Positions 39,628 through 50,174 are shown, numbered from the stretch's first letter. The stretch: DNA of 64,000 nt from Terriglobia bacterium (GCA_963664115.2 CAXWPJ010000002.1:1037191-1101190); one strand, 5' to 3'. The notes: a model not told the origin generated them from the sequence alone. Numbers and translations: made by a program.

Positions 39628-39926
39628 TAGAGCCCTGGGATGTTCAAACCGGATGCCAGATTTCCCAACTGGCCGGCCATCGCTTCGTCCACCCGACGGG
39701 CGGCTTCGTTGACTGCGGCCACGATCAGATCCTGGAGCATCTCCCGGTCTCCGCCGCTGAGTACTTCGGGATCGATTTCCACAGAAAGGAGCTGTTTATT
39801 GCCGTTCATCTTCACCGATACCATCTCGCCGCCCGCACTGGCTTCGACGACAGTTTGTTCAAGCTGCTTCTGCAACTGCTCCTGCATTTGCTGAGCCTGC
39901 TTCATCATCTGCTGCATATTCTTCAT
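39627..39926 (-). CDS. ybaB: YbaB/EbfC nucleoid-associated protein
   Basis: MMKQAQQMQ, ASAGGEMV, EMLQDLIVAAVNEA. Confidence 0.95.
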   Translation of the reverse strand: MKNMQQMMKQAQQMQEQLQKQLEQTVVEASAGGEMVSVKMNGNKQLLSVEIDPEVLSGGDREMLQDLIVAAVNEAARRVDEAMAGQLGNLASGLNIPGL

Positions 39927-39937
39927 CGAGTGACTCC

Positions 39938-41677
39938 TTATGGTTCATCCGGCTTCTTCGCGCTCTTCACGTGGGCGATTTCACCGCGGAAGACATCAAG
40001 GAAGGTTTGGACGAGTGTTTCTTTCTCGACCGATTCTTTGAGTGGGCTATCCTCGTCGGTTTCTACCGGACCTTTGGAAGCCGGGCTCATTATAAGTGAT
40101 ACCGAGGCTGGTCTGCCCAGCAGTTCACTGGCGACAGTCTCGAGAACCTGAAAGTGTTCCGGGCTTTGGAGGGCGGTCCGGACGCTCGGGCTCGGAACCT
40201 GTATCTGGATGAGATCCTGGTCTTGTCGAATGCTTGTTACTCCTTCGAGGTAGAGACTCGTTGTTTCCGACTTCTGTTTGATTCTCTGGCGGTACGTCTC
40301 GGCGAACGGGAGCGTTGGCGGGGGGGCCGGCCCCAGGTCAGATCGGTCCGTCCCAGGGGCGGGGCTCGACACAGCCGCACTCGCTTTCTTGCCCTCGGGA
40401 GGCGGTGCCTCGATTGCCGTCGCCTTGCGCATAGGCCGGTTTTCGCTGGCAAGTGTCGTTTTCTTTGGTGCTTCCGAAGACGAGGGTCGCCCTGGTGGCG
40501 GAGGTGCGGGCCGTTTAGCTTCGGACGTGGTTTTCGAACCCGATGGCGTCCGACCCGCGGCGAGATCTCGAATGACTTCTTCGATGTCTCGAAGTTGTCC
40601 GACCTTGGCGAGCTTGATGCATCCGATCTCGAGGTGGAATCTTGGCTCTGAAGTCCAGCGCAAATCACTCTCAAGACGCAGGAGCATGTCGCAGAATCGA
40701 ATCAGGTCCTGTTCCGAAAACTGTTCGGACTGGGATGTGATTCGGTTCCGTTCCTCGCTACCGGCCAGAATCCTTTCGCCGATTTCCAGTTTCGCAAGAA
40801 GCATATCCCGAACGCGCGACAGAAGCTCCCGTACGAACTGCTGAAGGTTGAGGCCTTGATCGGCGACGGTCTGAACGACATCCAGAAGTCCCTTGGAGTT
40901 TCGTTCTATGAGTCCTTCGACCGCCTGGTCCAGGAGGTCGGATGGAATAAAACCCAACACGTCCCGCACGTCTTCATCGTTTATTTCCTGACCCCCGAAC
41001 GCGATGATCTGGTCAAGCAGCGACTGCGCGTCCCGCATGCTGCCTTCGGCCGCCTTGACAACGTAATCGAGTGCGCCCTCACCTATCGTGATCCCTTCAA
41101 TTTTCGCGATTTTTCGGAGGTGCTCTAATGTTTCCTTTGGGGGAATCGTCCGAAAGACGAACTGTTGGCAGCGGGAAATAATTGTGGCGGGTAACTTGTG
41201 CCTTTCTGTCGTGGCAAGAATAAACACAATGTGTTCGGGAGGTTCTTCCAGGATCTTCAAGAGTGCGTTGAATGCCGACGTTGAGAGCATGTGGACTTCA
41301 TCAACGATATAGATCTTGAAACGATCCCTGGATGGTGCGTAGCGCGCGTTATCTCTCAGTTCCCGAATGTTGTCGACACCGGTGTTCGAAGCCGCATCGA
41401 TTTCCAACACATCGATTGACCGACCAAGCGAGATTTCCTGACAGGAGGGACACTCGTTGCAGGGTGTCGCAGTGGGGCCTTGACCGCAGTTCAAAGCTTT
41501 GGCGAGCAGCCGGGCCGTGGTCGTTTTACCCACACCCCGGGGCCCGCAGAAAAGGTATGCGTGACCGATGCGATCCATCTCGATCGCGTTCTTGAGCGTC
41601 TGGACGATCGGCCTCTGCCCGACTACTTCTTCAAAAACCTGTGGTCTGAATTTTCGTGCGATAACTTGGTATTTCAT
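39938..41677 (-). CDS. dnaX: DNA polymerase III gamma/tau
   Basis: ARKFRPQ, GPRGVGKTT, EIDAASN, DEVHML, SRCQ. Confidence 0.97.
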   Translation of the reverse strand: MKYQVIARKFRPQVFEEVVGQRPIVQTLKNAIEMDRIGHAYLFCGPRGVGKTTTARLLAKALNCGQGPTATPCNECPSCQEISLGRSIDVLEIDAASNTGVDNIRELRDNARYAPSRDRFKIYIVDEVHMLSTSAFNALLKILEEPPEHIVFILATTERHKLPATIISRCQQFVFRTIPPKETLEHLRKIAKIEGITIGEGALDYVVKAAEGSMRDAQSLLDQIIAFGGQEINDEDVRDVLGFIPSDLLDQAVEGLIERNSKGLLDVVQTVADQGLNLQQFVRELLSRVRDMLLAKLEIGERILAGSEERNRITSQSEQFSEQDLIRFCDMLLRLESDLRWTSEPRFHLEIGCIKLAKVGQLRDIEEVIRDLAAGRTPSGSKTTSEAKRPAPPPPGRPSSSEAPKKTTLASENRPMRKATAIEAPPPEGKKASAAVSSPAPGTDRSDLGPAPPPTLPFAETYRQRIKQKSETTSLYLEGVTSIRQDQDLIQIQVPSPSVRTALQSPEHFQVLETVASELLGRPASVSLIMSPASKGPVETDEDSPLKESVEKETLVQTFLDVFRGEIAHVKSAKKPDEP

Positions 41678-41710
41678 CGGGTGTGTTGCGGTCGGTCGCG
41701 ATCGTGTGGG

Positions 41711-41817
41711 CCAGGCCCGGGGGGATACTGTGTCACATCGGGTAACCCACTACCGTTGCTTCCTTCCGGATCTGGCGGGATTCGCGAGCGCCAATTGCAC
41801 AGCCCCCCTTGAGCCTG
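41711..41817 (-). ncRNA. ffs: Signal recognition particle (4.5S) RNA
   Basis: Minus strand has the helix-8 motif ccgccagatccggaaggaagcaacgg within a long hairpin closed by gggggctgtg...cacagtatcccc; classic position upstream of dnaX. Confidence 0.93.
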
Positions 41818-41937
41818 ATATTCCAGCGTGGAAGTTTTCCGACAGTGCCTCATTCCCTTAAATCGTTGCTACGGAAACAACGTGTGAGTTGTTGGGAATT
41901 ACGACCCGTCCCGAATTTTCCAGCCCCGGGCTGCCAG

Positions 41938-42024
41938 CGGAGAGAGTGGGATTCGAACCCACGGTGAGGTTACCCCCACACACGCTTTCCAAGCGTGCTC
42001 CTTCAGCCTCTCGGACATCTCTCC
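41938..42024 (-). tRNA. tRNA-Ser(GGA), CCA not encoded
   Basis: ggagagatgtccgagaggctgaagg...cacgc-ttGGAaa-gcgtg...long variable arm...ggttcgaatcc...ctctccg. Confidence 0.96.
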
Positions 42025-42113
42025 AAATGATTCGCAGTCAATAGGTTAGCAGATTGAGCAAGACCTCTTCAGCGTCGATTGTGTCGTGAATTGTGACATC
42101 ACTCATGGTTAAC

Positions 42114-42390
42114 CTACTGAATTGACTCGGCAACCGCATCCTTTTCGGTCGCCTCAGCCCTCCGAGCGTCCAGCTCTTCAAGGGCTTCTCGTTTGGCCTG
42201 AAGCCGGACGTGAGAATAGTGCTCCAGCGTCCGGCGAGACAGGTGACCCGTAATCGACTCCATAACATGGTCAGGAACTCCCATTTCAGCGAGTTCCGTG
42301 ATGATTGTATGTCTCAAGTCATGGAACCGCAACCCTGGGGGCCAGCGGTGTCGCAGAGGCTTTGCTATGCGTCGTCTTAACTTTTTACAG
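42114..42390 (-). pseudogene. Tyrosine recombinase/integrase C-terminal remnant
   Basis: LRFHDLRH...ITGH...HYSH catalytic motifs; the upstream frame carries TAG and TAA stops. Confidence 0.85.
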
Positions 42391-42451
42391 GCTGGGTTCG
42401 CTCAGGTCTGTGCCATTGAGAAGCGTGCCGAAGCTAACGTTGAAATCCACT

Positions 42452-42530
42452 ATGAAACTCGGACACGACGAGATCTCAACGCTCTTTAGTAAGGGTGGAA
42501 TGGGTGGGGTGTGGCGTGCGCGGCGCCACC
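42452..42530 (+). pseudogene. Remnant of a Ser/Thr protein kinase N-terminus
   Basis: KLGHDEISTLFSKGGMGGVWRAR resembles the Hanks-kinase start LGPYEIxxxLGxGGMGEVYRAR; the rest of the kinase is missing. Confidence 0.6.
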
Positions 42531-42575
42531 CCATCAACTCATTTCGTCTTTCTTTCAGGACTGGGCAGGGTGAGG

Positions 42576-42956
42576 CTAGCGACCTAACTGTCTGCCGTCC
42601 GGCATGATCACGGAGTTGCTTGAGACGCGGTTCAAGGAATCGTTTCTCGCGATAGCGGCTGTGACCGTCACCACATCCCCAACCTTCAACGAACCCGGCG
42701 GCCAGCCTCGCCGGAACAGTCTGGACGGATTTGAACCCCCGGCGAGTTCCACTTCCCAATTGGTGACGTTCCCGGCCTCATCGACCACATCCATATAGAA
42801 CCATATATGTGGATTATTCCACTCCACCCGCGTCACGGATCCCATGATCGTAATCGGCGGGTCCTCCGTGCGGTACACCGCGGTCCTCGAGTGGTGTGCG
42901 AATGCAGAAGCGGCGAAGCAGAAAACAAGAAAGGCGGTTTGTAAAGTCCGGAACAT
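42576..42956 (-). CDS. Small exported protein, DUF6152-like
   Basis: Signal peptide ending AFA then HHS; EWNNPH, W.VE, LKVGDVVTV; RBS AAGGAGG. Confidence 0.8.
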   Translation of the reverse strand: MFRTLQTAFLVFCFAASAFAHHSRTAVYRTEDPPITIMGSVTRVEWNNPHIWFYMDVVDEAGNVTNWEVELAGGSNPSRLFRRGWPPGSLKVGDVVTVTAAIARNDSLNRVSSNSVIMPDGRQLGR

Positions 42957-43512
42957 CTGGATACCTCCTTGGCCACCCAACCATTGCGGCGGCTGATCTA
43001 GCCTAACGAACGATGATTGCGAGATCAAATCAAAATCGGTCTTCTGGCCGAAAGGTCGCATACAAGCAATCCTGAGTATGACCTGAATGTGAGCATGGAC
43101 CGTCTTGATCCTCCGCAGGGCCGATTCCGAATTTAGCCCACCTTTCTCACGAGTTATCTGCCGTAGCGCCGGCGTAGCGTCAGTAGGAGTTCCAGCTTCA
43201 GTTTGATGGTTTGTTGAAATGTGCGTGGTTGCAGCCGGCTGTTGATACTATTGGCATCATTCGCGCAGTGACCGTTCGTTTGGAGGACGTGGGGTGGCAG
43301 CCGTGGTTGTTGTTCCTGTGCTTCACATACTCAATGCTCCATGGCTCTCCGCGCTGTGATCGGATAATTGTCCAAGTCATCTCGCGGGAAGTTGAAAATT
43401 GTAAACTGGGAATAAACAGCAACCACGATGCCGCCAAACACTCCAATATTGCCGTGTTGAGGTTAAATCAGAATGCTCTGGATGTGCCGATGCCGAAGTT
43501 AGGGCCGATCAG

Positions 43513-43839
43513 ATGAGTGATTCAGAGACAAGGTCAAGTGTCCGTTTCTCGATTGGCGACCTCGTTCGACACGAGCTATTCGACTACCGTGGTGTGGTTA
43601 TCGGCGTAACTCCGCGATTCGAGGGCACCGACGAGTGGTACGAAACCGTGGCGCGTTCGAGACCGCCGAAGGATCGTCCCTGGTATCACGTATTGCCAGA
43701 CGGGGCTGCACATCAGACTTACGTGGCTGACCGCAACCTCCAACCGGATCACACTGGACGCCCTATTGAACATCCCTTGGTCAAGATGTACTTCACGCAC
43801 TTCATCGGTGGGCGCCACGTTAGCGGCAGGATGAACTAG
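43513..43839 (+). CDS. hspQ: Heat shock protein HspQ (YccV-like)
   Basis: FSIGDLVRHELFDYRGVV...PPKDRPWYHVL...TYVADRNL...IEHP. Confidence 0.9.
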   Translation: MSDSETRSSVRFSIGDLVRHELFDYRGVVIGVTPRFEGTDEWYETVARSRPPKDRPWYHVLPDGAAHQTYVADRNLQPDHTGRPIEHPLVKMYFTHFIGGRHVSGRMN

Positions 43840-43870
43840 CGCCAGATTCAACCCACTCTCCGATTACAAC

Positions 43871-45397
43871 TTACGACCGCAACGCGGCGCGCGTCCTCTC
43901 GACCAAGGAATTGTCTTGATCGCCACTGCCCCTGAGAAAGAAAGCGCTTGTTGCCAGAAACTGGTCACGCCATCGAGGGCTGACGTTAAAATAATCTTCC
44001 AGCACCGCAGCACTGAACTTGTAATCGTGAGCGTTGCTCCCCTTCAAAAAGATCAATCGCCGCGCAGCGTTCATCAGATTCCGCACGTCACCGCCGTCAT
44101 TCAAGTAGCCGCGAACTTTTCTCGCTGCATTCATCCGGTCTGTGCTCATATCGCTGAAAATTTCTTCGATCGCCCCAGAGGATTCCGTGATCGCCAGCGG
44201 TTACACGTCATCGATTGCAATATCGGGAAGCGTTCCCCTTAGGGTCTCCCGGAACATTGGCAGGAAGGCGCAGTTTTGAAGGAGGAGACGCTTTCTCGTG
44301 TTTTCATCGCCGCAGGCCTGGAAGGCATAGCGCAGAGCGTTCGTGGAAGTTACCGCGTGTACCGCGACGATTCCCGGCTGTCGCATCATCAGTTCACCGG
44401 CGCCGACAAAGAGTGCATCCCAGACGGACTGCGGCGATTCACCGCGTCCGATCAGCTCCGCCGCCATGTCGCATGCGTCGTCGTTGGATCCCTCATGGAG
44501 AACGGCCAGCATTGCGCCAGTCGCACCCTCATCGAGTCTTCCACTCATCCACTCCGATCCCAATCCAGCGGCTAACTCCTGGTTTCGCCGCCAGGGTCGG
44601 TCGGCTGCATCGTCACTGAGGGCCGGGGTGGTGTCCGGGAGATCGTGGGACAAAAGGGCAAAGGCCAACGAGCGTAAGACCGGCTCAGCATGTTGCCAGC
44701 CGATGAACTGGAGGGTCCGCCAACTGTTGGCCACGAAAATTGCTTTGTGGCCAATCGAGCGAAAATCACGGCTCCCGAAACGGTAGAAGAGGTCATAGAT
44801 CTCGTTGGCCCCTGCCGATCGCGCGAGCCCGGCTACGGCGCCATCTGCCATTTCTTCATCCCAGCTCTCCATCGCCTCGACGAAGGCTTCCTTCGCCCGG
44901 TGCGCGGGGGGCACGGTGTTTTCGTCGACCGGTGCCATGCGCCAGCCGGTCTGGTTCTGTTCCTCCGCCTGAGAATCCTTGAACTCATCGAGGGCCCAGA
45001 ATACGGGCAACCAGCGATCGCTATCCGGCGAGGCGAGGCTTGCCATATGCGCTGCGTTCACCACCAGGACTGCATGGAACTTGAATCCCACGCCGGGACG
45101 CGGCTTCAGATTGCGGATGGCCGCAAGAAACAAGGCCGTCACCACCTGCTGGTAGCTCACTCCTTGGTGAATTCGCTGAGCCACCTGTTCCAAGAGATCC
45201 GACCTCGGAGTGTCCTCGATCAAGCGGACCAGTGGCTCGATGCCGTCGTCGAGTTTCACCAGAGTTGGGTCCAGGGTCGCCTCCTGGGCGGAGACCGGTG
45301 GCAGTTTCGCAAGAAACGTCAAACTCCCAATACCCATTGCGGTTCCACCGACGCTCGCAAACTTCAAAAACTGTCGACGTGTGGTTCTTTCTGCCAT
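43871..45397 (-). pseudogene. Tat-exported His-rich hypothetical protein interrupted by one in-frame TAA (44201-44203)
   Basis: TRRQFLK twin-arginine signal; track ORFs 44201..45409 and 43871..44149 share a frame and read ...IAIDDV*PLAITESSGAIEEIFSDMSTDR... Confidence 0.75.
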
Positions 45398-45602
45398 AGA
45401 TCCCTCCAACAGTTGAAGGTTGGTCGAATTGGTTCGACAAACGGAATGAATTGTTTGGTTAGCTGTCGTGATCTTAGCCCGAATCGCTGATTTGGGAAAC
45501 CTTGGAATTGCAGTTCCAACAATCCCAGAAATCCCAGGTAGTTTTGACTCTATATATACATGCCTTGTTGCTCGGGTTCGGCAGGCGTTGACCGCGGCTC
45601 TC

Positions 45603-48600
45603 TCATCTCGAGATCTTCAGATTTGGTTTCTTCTGCGAGGTCTTACGGAGTATCCCTCGAATCGTCGTCAGTGCTTTCTCCAACTGTCGGTCGATTCCCC
45701 CGGCGTAGTCCTGGGGCCGGTTGTCGATCTCAATGTCCGGATCGGTTCCATAGTTTTCGACGCCGTATCCGACGTCCTCAAACCAGAAAGAAAATTCGGG
45801 TTGTGTCGTCACCGTTCCGTCGACGAGCGAGTGGCGTGGCCAGATACCGACCACCCCGCCCCAGGTGCGCTTGCCGATCAGGGGGCCGAGGCCGAAGAGC
45901 TTAAAAGAGTGTGAAAAAATGTCGCCGTCGGAGCCCGCATATTCGTTCGTCAGGGCCACCATCGGCCCCATCGGCGAGGCATAGGGGTACGGTATGGGTT
46001 CCCCCCACCGGCTCACATCGTAGCCAATCCTGCGGCGCGTCAATTTTTCAAGAAGCAGGGGAGAGACGTGTCCGCCACGGTTGAATCGAACGTCGACGAT
46101 CAGCCCGTCCCGGTCTGATTCCGGACCGTAGTATCGATGGAACTCCGAGTAACCGAACGGGCTCATGTCCGGTATGTGGATATAACCGACACGGCCTTCA
46201 GTTCTTTCGTGGACGATATTTCGATTCGCCTCTACCCAGTCTCGATACCGGAGCGAGCTTTCCTCGTGAAGCGTTTTCACCGTGACCGTTTCGGTGGAGC
46301 GCCGCTTTCCTCTTCGACGCCGCACAGTAATTTGCACGTCACGGTCAGCCATGTTAACCAGTCGCTCATACGGAGAAATCGCACTGTTTACGGTTTCGCC
46401 GTCCACTTGAAGGATCTCATCACCGGACTCTAAGTTGAGCCCGGGCGCGGCCAGCGGTGAGGCGTATACCGCATCCCAGGAATCGCCTTTCGGAATCCTT
46501 TGCACATGCCACTTCCCCGTTTTCTTGTTGAAATCGAGATCAGCACCGAGAAATCCCTGGCGCCAGTTGGGGCGCGGCCTGTAATCGCCACCCATTTCGT
46601 AGCAATGGGAGGTTCCTAACTCTCCCTGCATCTCCCACATCAGATCAGAGAATTCCCCCCGTGTTCCGACCCTGTCCACCAGAGGCAGATAACGAGCGCG
46701 AACCATTTCCCAGTCCACCCCTGACATGTCGGCCCTCCAGAAGTGTTCTTTCTGAAGGCGCCAGGCCTCAGCGTACATCTGCCGCCATTCTTCGGTCGGA
46801 TTCACCGACACGGGAATTCGATCCAAATCGACCCAGCCGGTTTCCCGGGAACATTCGTCCTTGGTCTTTTCGGAATCGTCCTTGAACTCCGCAGCCACTG
46901 CCCGGACCCGGTTGCCGCATCGAATTCCAAGGACACGGGCGTCCAACGATAGTGTGAAGTCGCTTACCTTGTCGGAAACCCGGCCTGATTTGTTGTTGTC
47001 GAAAGCCCAAAACTCGAGGATTCCCTTCGAGTCAGGGTTCGTGTCCGTATCGTTACTGAGGCTTCCGACAATGGGGTACTTCGAGTAGAGGGCGCGTCCG
47101 CGGGCACCCAGGATTCCACCGTACCGCCCTTCAGGCACGGGGAACGCTACGATTCGATCCTCGATGTTGTCGAGATCGATTCGAAATACTTCTTTTGTGT
47201 CCTTCGACCCATCTGCGTTCGAGTCGCCGGTCCCGCCGGGCGCCCGAGGCGTCGCCGTTCCGCGCGCAAACGGTGAGGGTGTGTCTTGTTTCAGAGTGAC
47301 CAGGTACGGCCGCATACCCAGCGGAAAACCAAGATCGAAGTAGAGATTGTCATATACCGGGTTGTAGGTCCGTCCCGAGATGAAATAGAGATACTTTCCG
47401 TCGGGATCAAAGCTGGGATATCCGTCGGAGAAATCCTCCCGCGTAATCGTAACGATCTTAGCTGTATCGACCTTGCACAGTCTGATGGCACTGGTGTGTT
47501 CAGCGGAGGAATGGCCATAGGCGATCCAGTTGGAGTCCGGAGACCAGGCGACGCCGCTGATTCGATGGTACCGGCTGATGTCGAGCACCCGCGATCGTCC
47601 CGAGTCGAGATCGACCCAGATGACTTCCTGCCGGTGATTTGTCAGGACCAGCCTGTTGATGTCGGGTTGGGATCGCTCTTGTTTTTTTGAGGCCTTGGTT
47701 GCCTTCTTTGAATCTGAGGATTTACTCTCCGTTTTCTTGATCGCGTTTCCAGGAGCGACGTATAGATCGATGGGCCGTCCGAAATCTCCGCGGATGAGCC
47801 GGGGTGATTTGGAACCACCGGGGCAAAATACGATGAGCGATTCCTCTCCGGCTTCGTCGGTCACTGCGACGATGTGTTTGCCGTCTGGAAGCCACGAACC
47901 GAGCCGGTAACGCACACCCGAGACGGTGCCCAATCGAAGGGGAGCACCAGTCCAGAGGCCCATAGCGAAGAGTCCGCCGCGGTGAATCGAGGCCAGTGTG
48001 TGGCCCTTGGGATGAAGGTCAAAGGATTCCAGGTACCGTTCCGCACTGACGAACTTGCGGTTGCGTTGGCTATGGGTGCTACGGATACGTATGTCGATTT
48101 TTCTCGATGTGTTCCTGGCAGGATCAAAAACGTGAATATCAGCGCCGGCATGGTAGACGATCAAGTGGCCGTCGGTTCTTGGAAAGCGGACGTAGAATTC
48201 CCTATGGTCGGTATGCCGCACCAAGCTCCGGCCTGTCGGCGTGCAGGAGTAAAGGTTGCCGTGCCCTTCGTGGTCTGACAGGAAGTAGATGCGGCGACCG
48301 ATCCACATCGGGCCGGCCAGGTTTCCCTCAAGTTGAATCAGTGGAGAGAAATTACCGTCGTTGCCGCGGTCGACCCAGAGAGTTCCGGCCGTGCCGCCGC
48401 GGTATCGCTTCCATCGGGCGGGATCGCCTGAGTTTCTTCCAATCACCGTTCCAGGTAATTCGGTGCTGAAAGAAATGGCTCTGGCTGGGCCATAGTTTTG
48501 TGCCTGGGGCGTGCCGCCCGATCGTGGGACGGCGACAAGGTGCATCATGCCGACGAAAGGCTGACGCCAGTCGCTTGCTGCAAGGACATTCTTACCGTCT

Positions 48601-48890
48601 GAGCTCCATCCCACGACCTGGGTAAAGGCTCCCATCCACGTGAGCCGCCGGGGCGGGCCGCCTTCCGCATCCATGACATAGACTTCTGCCGGGCCATCAT
48701 CCCGGCCTGTAAACGCAACGGATTTGCCGTCAGGGGCAAGCGCAGGGAAGGTGGATACCCCTGGATTGGAGGTCAGGCGTCTTGCGGTTCCACCCTCCAC
48801 AGGTACGGACCATAGATCGTCTTCCATCACAAAGACGATGTGATCTCCCGCAATTGTTGGGTGTCGGTAGTAACGTAAGTCCAATGACAT
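45603..48890 (-). CDS. Tricorn-like protease (S41 family)
   Basis: Two beta-propellers (WKRYRGGTAG), PDZ domain, GYIHIPDM, DVRFNRGG, AGSDGD catalytic Ser, GKRTWGG; no signal peptide. Confidence 0.95.
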   Translation of the reverse strand: MSLDLRYYRHPTIAGDHIVFVMEDDLWSVPVEGGTARRLTSNPGVSTFPALAPDGKSVAFTGRDDGPAEVYVMDAEGGPPRRLTWMGAFTQVVGWSSDGKNVLAASDWRQPFVGMMHLVAVPRSGGTPQAQNYGPARAISFSTELPGTVIGRNSGDPARWKRYRGGTAGTLWVDRGNDGNFSPLIQLEGNLAGPMWIGRRIYFLSDHEGHGNLYSCTPTGRSLVRHTDHREFYVRFPRTDGHLIVYHAGADIHVFDPARNTSRKIDIRIRSTHSQRNRKFVSAERYLESFDLHPKGHTLASIHRGGLFAMGLWTGAPLRLGTVSGVRYRLGSWLPDGKHIVAVTDEAGEESLIVFCPGGSKSPRLIRGDFGRPIDLYVAPGNAIKKTESKSSDSKKATKASKKQERSQPDINRLVLTNHRQEVIWVDLDSGRSRVLDISRYHRISGVAWSPDSNWIAYGHSSAEHTSAIRLCKVDTAKIVTITREDFSDGYPSFDPDGKYLYFISGRTYNPVYDNLYFDLGFPLGMRPYLVTLKQDTPSPFARGTATPRAPGGTGDSNADGSKDTKEVFRIDLDNIEDRIVAFPVPEGRYGGILGARGRALYSKYPIVGSLSNDTDTNPDSKGILEFWAFDNNKSGRVSDKVSDFTLSLDARVLGIRCGNRVRAVAAEFKDDSEKTKDECSRETGWVDLDRIPVSVNPTEEWRQMYAEAWRLQKEHFWRADMSGVDWEMVRARYLPLVDRVGTRGEFSDLMWEMQGELGTSHCYEMGGDYRPRPNWRQGFLGADLDFNKKTGKWHVQRIPKGDSWDAVYASPLAAPGLNLESGDEILQVDGETVNSAISPYERLVNMADRDVQITVRRRRGKRRSTETVTVKTLHEESSLRYRDWVEANRNIVHERTEGRVGYIHIPDMSPFGYSEFHRYYGPESDRDGLIVDVRFNRGGHVSPLLLEKLTRRRIGYDVSRWGEPIPYPYASPMGPMVALTNEYAGSDGDIFSHSFKLFGLGPLIGKRTWGGVVGIWPRHSLVDGTVTTQPEFSFWFEDVGYGVENYGTDPDIEIDNRPQDYAGGIDRQLEKALTTIRGILRKTSQKKPNLKISR

Positions 48891-49415
48891 TTAAGAGGTA
48901 CCTTTCCAGGAAGACGCTTTGGTTCGAGAAAGAGCGGATTATCATACCGTGTCGATAATCGCTTGACCAGTCAGCGGCAGTGGATACGGAACCGGAAACC
49001 GCCCCGTTTCACGTCTAAACAGCTTTCGCGGACTTCATGGTACAGAGCCCCCGCTAAAAAATGATTCTGGCTCGGAGCCGATCGTCCATGGGTCTGGTTC
49101 GCCAAATGATTCATTTTGAAGGGCCTCGGATGTGAATTCCATTCCAGGCTAAACCCTTGATTTTAAGTGTATAGACACAGAATTGCGTGTTCGGCCCCGC
49201 AAGGCGACGCGCATTTCTTTCTCTTGCAAAACGGCTGAGGGCCAGTGATCATGAACTATAATTAGGAAGATTGAGGTCTTCGCTGCCCGATGTCCGATTC
49301 CGGGTGGGGGTGCTATGTCCAAGGAGGGCGGATGCGACCTATTGCTTTTTGTGAACGGTGTCGTGGGATGGAAGCCGGGTGGAACAGGAAGTACCTGACA
49401 CACCGCATCGTCTGT

Positions 49416-50003
49416 ATGGGACGTCCGTCTTTTTATCTTAGGCTGCTGGCCTATACAGTCACGGTCGCTTTTCTGATTTCGTTCTTTCCGTCGACAACTT
49501 CTATAGAGGTTTCAGACCGCAGCGATCCGGCTGCGGCAACTGTTCAGGCTGGTGAAGAAGCAGTCCCCACGGTTTCAGACCCCGCGGTCTATGCCATCGA
49601 AGACGTTCTTGGCCGCCATTCACGGGTGGATAGCGCGCAGCGGGCCCGTATCGCGCGCGCTGTGGTCACGAGTGCCCGAAAGCACGATGTGGATCCCTTC
49701 CTCGTCGCCAGCATACTTGTGGTTGAAAGCAGCGGTGATCCCTTTGCCATTTCAGAGCGCGATGCCGTCGGAATAATGCAAATTCACGTTCCCACATGGG
49801 GCCTTCTCGCCGAAGCCCAGGGGATCAACTTGTTCCGGCTCGAGGACAATATCGATATGGGTACCCGGATCCTGAAGGACTACACCCGCAGACATGGCCT
49901 TTGGGATGGCGTCCTGCGTTACCTGGGCGTGACCGGGCCGGGTGAAGGAACCTCATACGTCCAGCGAGTTCAGGGTATCTATTCCGATCGTCTCGCCGAT
50001 TGA
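49416..50003 (+). CDS. Lytic transglycosylase (SLT domain)
   Basis: N-terminal TM; VDPFLVASILVVESS, AVGIMQI, NIDMGTRIL. Start uncertain. Confidence 0.85.
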   Translation: MGRPSFYLRLLAYTVTVAFLISFFPSTTSIEVSDRSDPAAATVQAGEEAVPTVSDPAVYAIEDVLGRHSRVDSAQRARIARAVVTSARKHDVDPFLVASILVVESSGDPFAISERDAVGIMQIHVPTWGLLAEAQGINLFRLEDNIDMGTRILKDYTRRHGLWDGVLRYLGVTGPGEGTSYVQRVQGIYSDRLAD

Positions 50004-50144
50004 AGTTCTCGCCAGGCCTGCGTTTCGGGGTGGCCCCCGAGCGATCCCATTCCTAAGAATTCTCCGTTTTTCGGATCAATTCCCTTTAATCAACGGGTTA
50101 ATGGCACCCCTAACGAAAAGTTTATATATTAGGTATAAGAAATA

Positions 50145-50174
50145 ATTGACACTAACACGCTCAGGTTCTATAAT
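50145..50174 (+). promoter_or_regulatory. Consensus sigma70 promoter of dnaK with overlapping HAIR-like operator
   Basis: TTGACA (50146)-17 nt-TATAAT (50169); aTTGAca-N7-gCTCAgG resembles HAIR CTTGAGT-N7-ACTCAAG. Confidence 0.8.

Noticed and set aside
39938-41677. Programmed -1 frameshift or slippage site in dnaX
   Set aside because: I saw no A AAA AAG heptamer or long A-run in the linker region.
43198-43516. Short ORFs upstream of hspQ
   Set aside because: No motifs or RBS; probably decayed non-coding sequence.
44201-44203. Stop-codon recoding (Sec/Pyl) in the Tat protein
   Set aside because: The codon is TAA and no SECIS-like context is evident.
48891-49415. Riboswitch (c-di-AMP/c-di-GMP) upstream of the lytic transglycosylase
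   Set aside because: The conserved aptamer motifs are not recognisable by eye.
50102-50118. Sigma54 promoter (TGGCAC) upstream of dnaK, next to an IHF-like site at 50088-50100
   Set aside because: No GC at the -12 position; a perfect sigma70 promoter lies just downstream.
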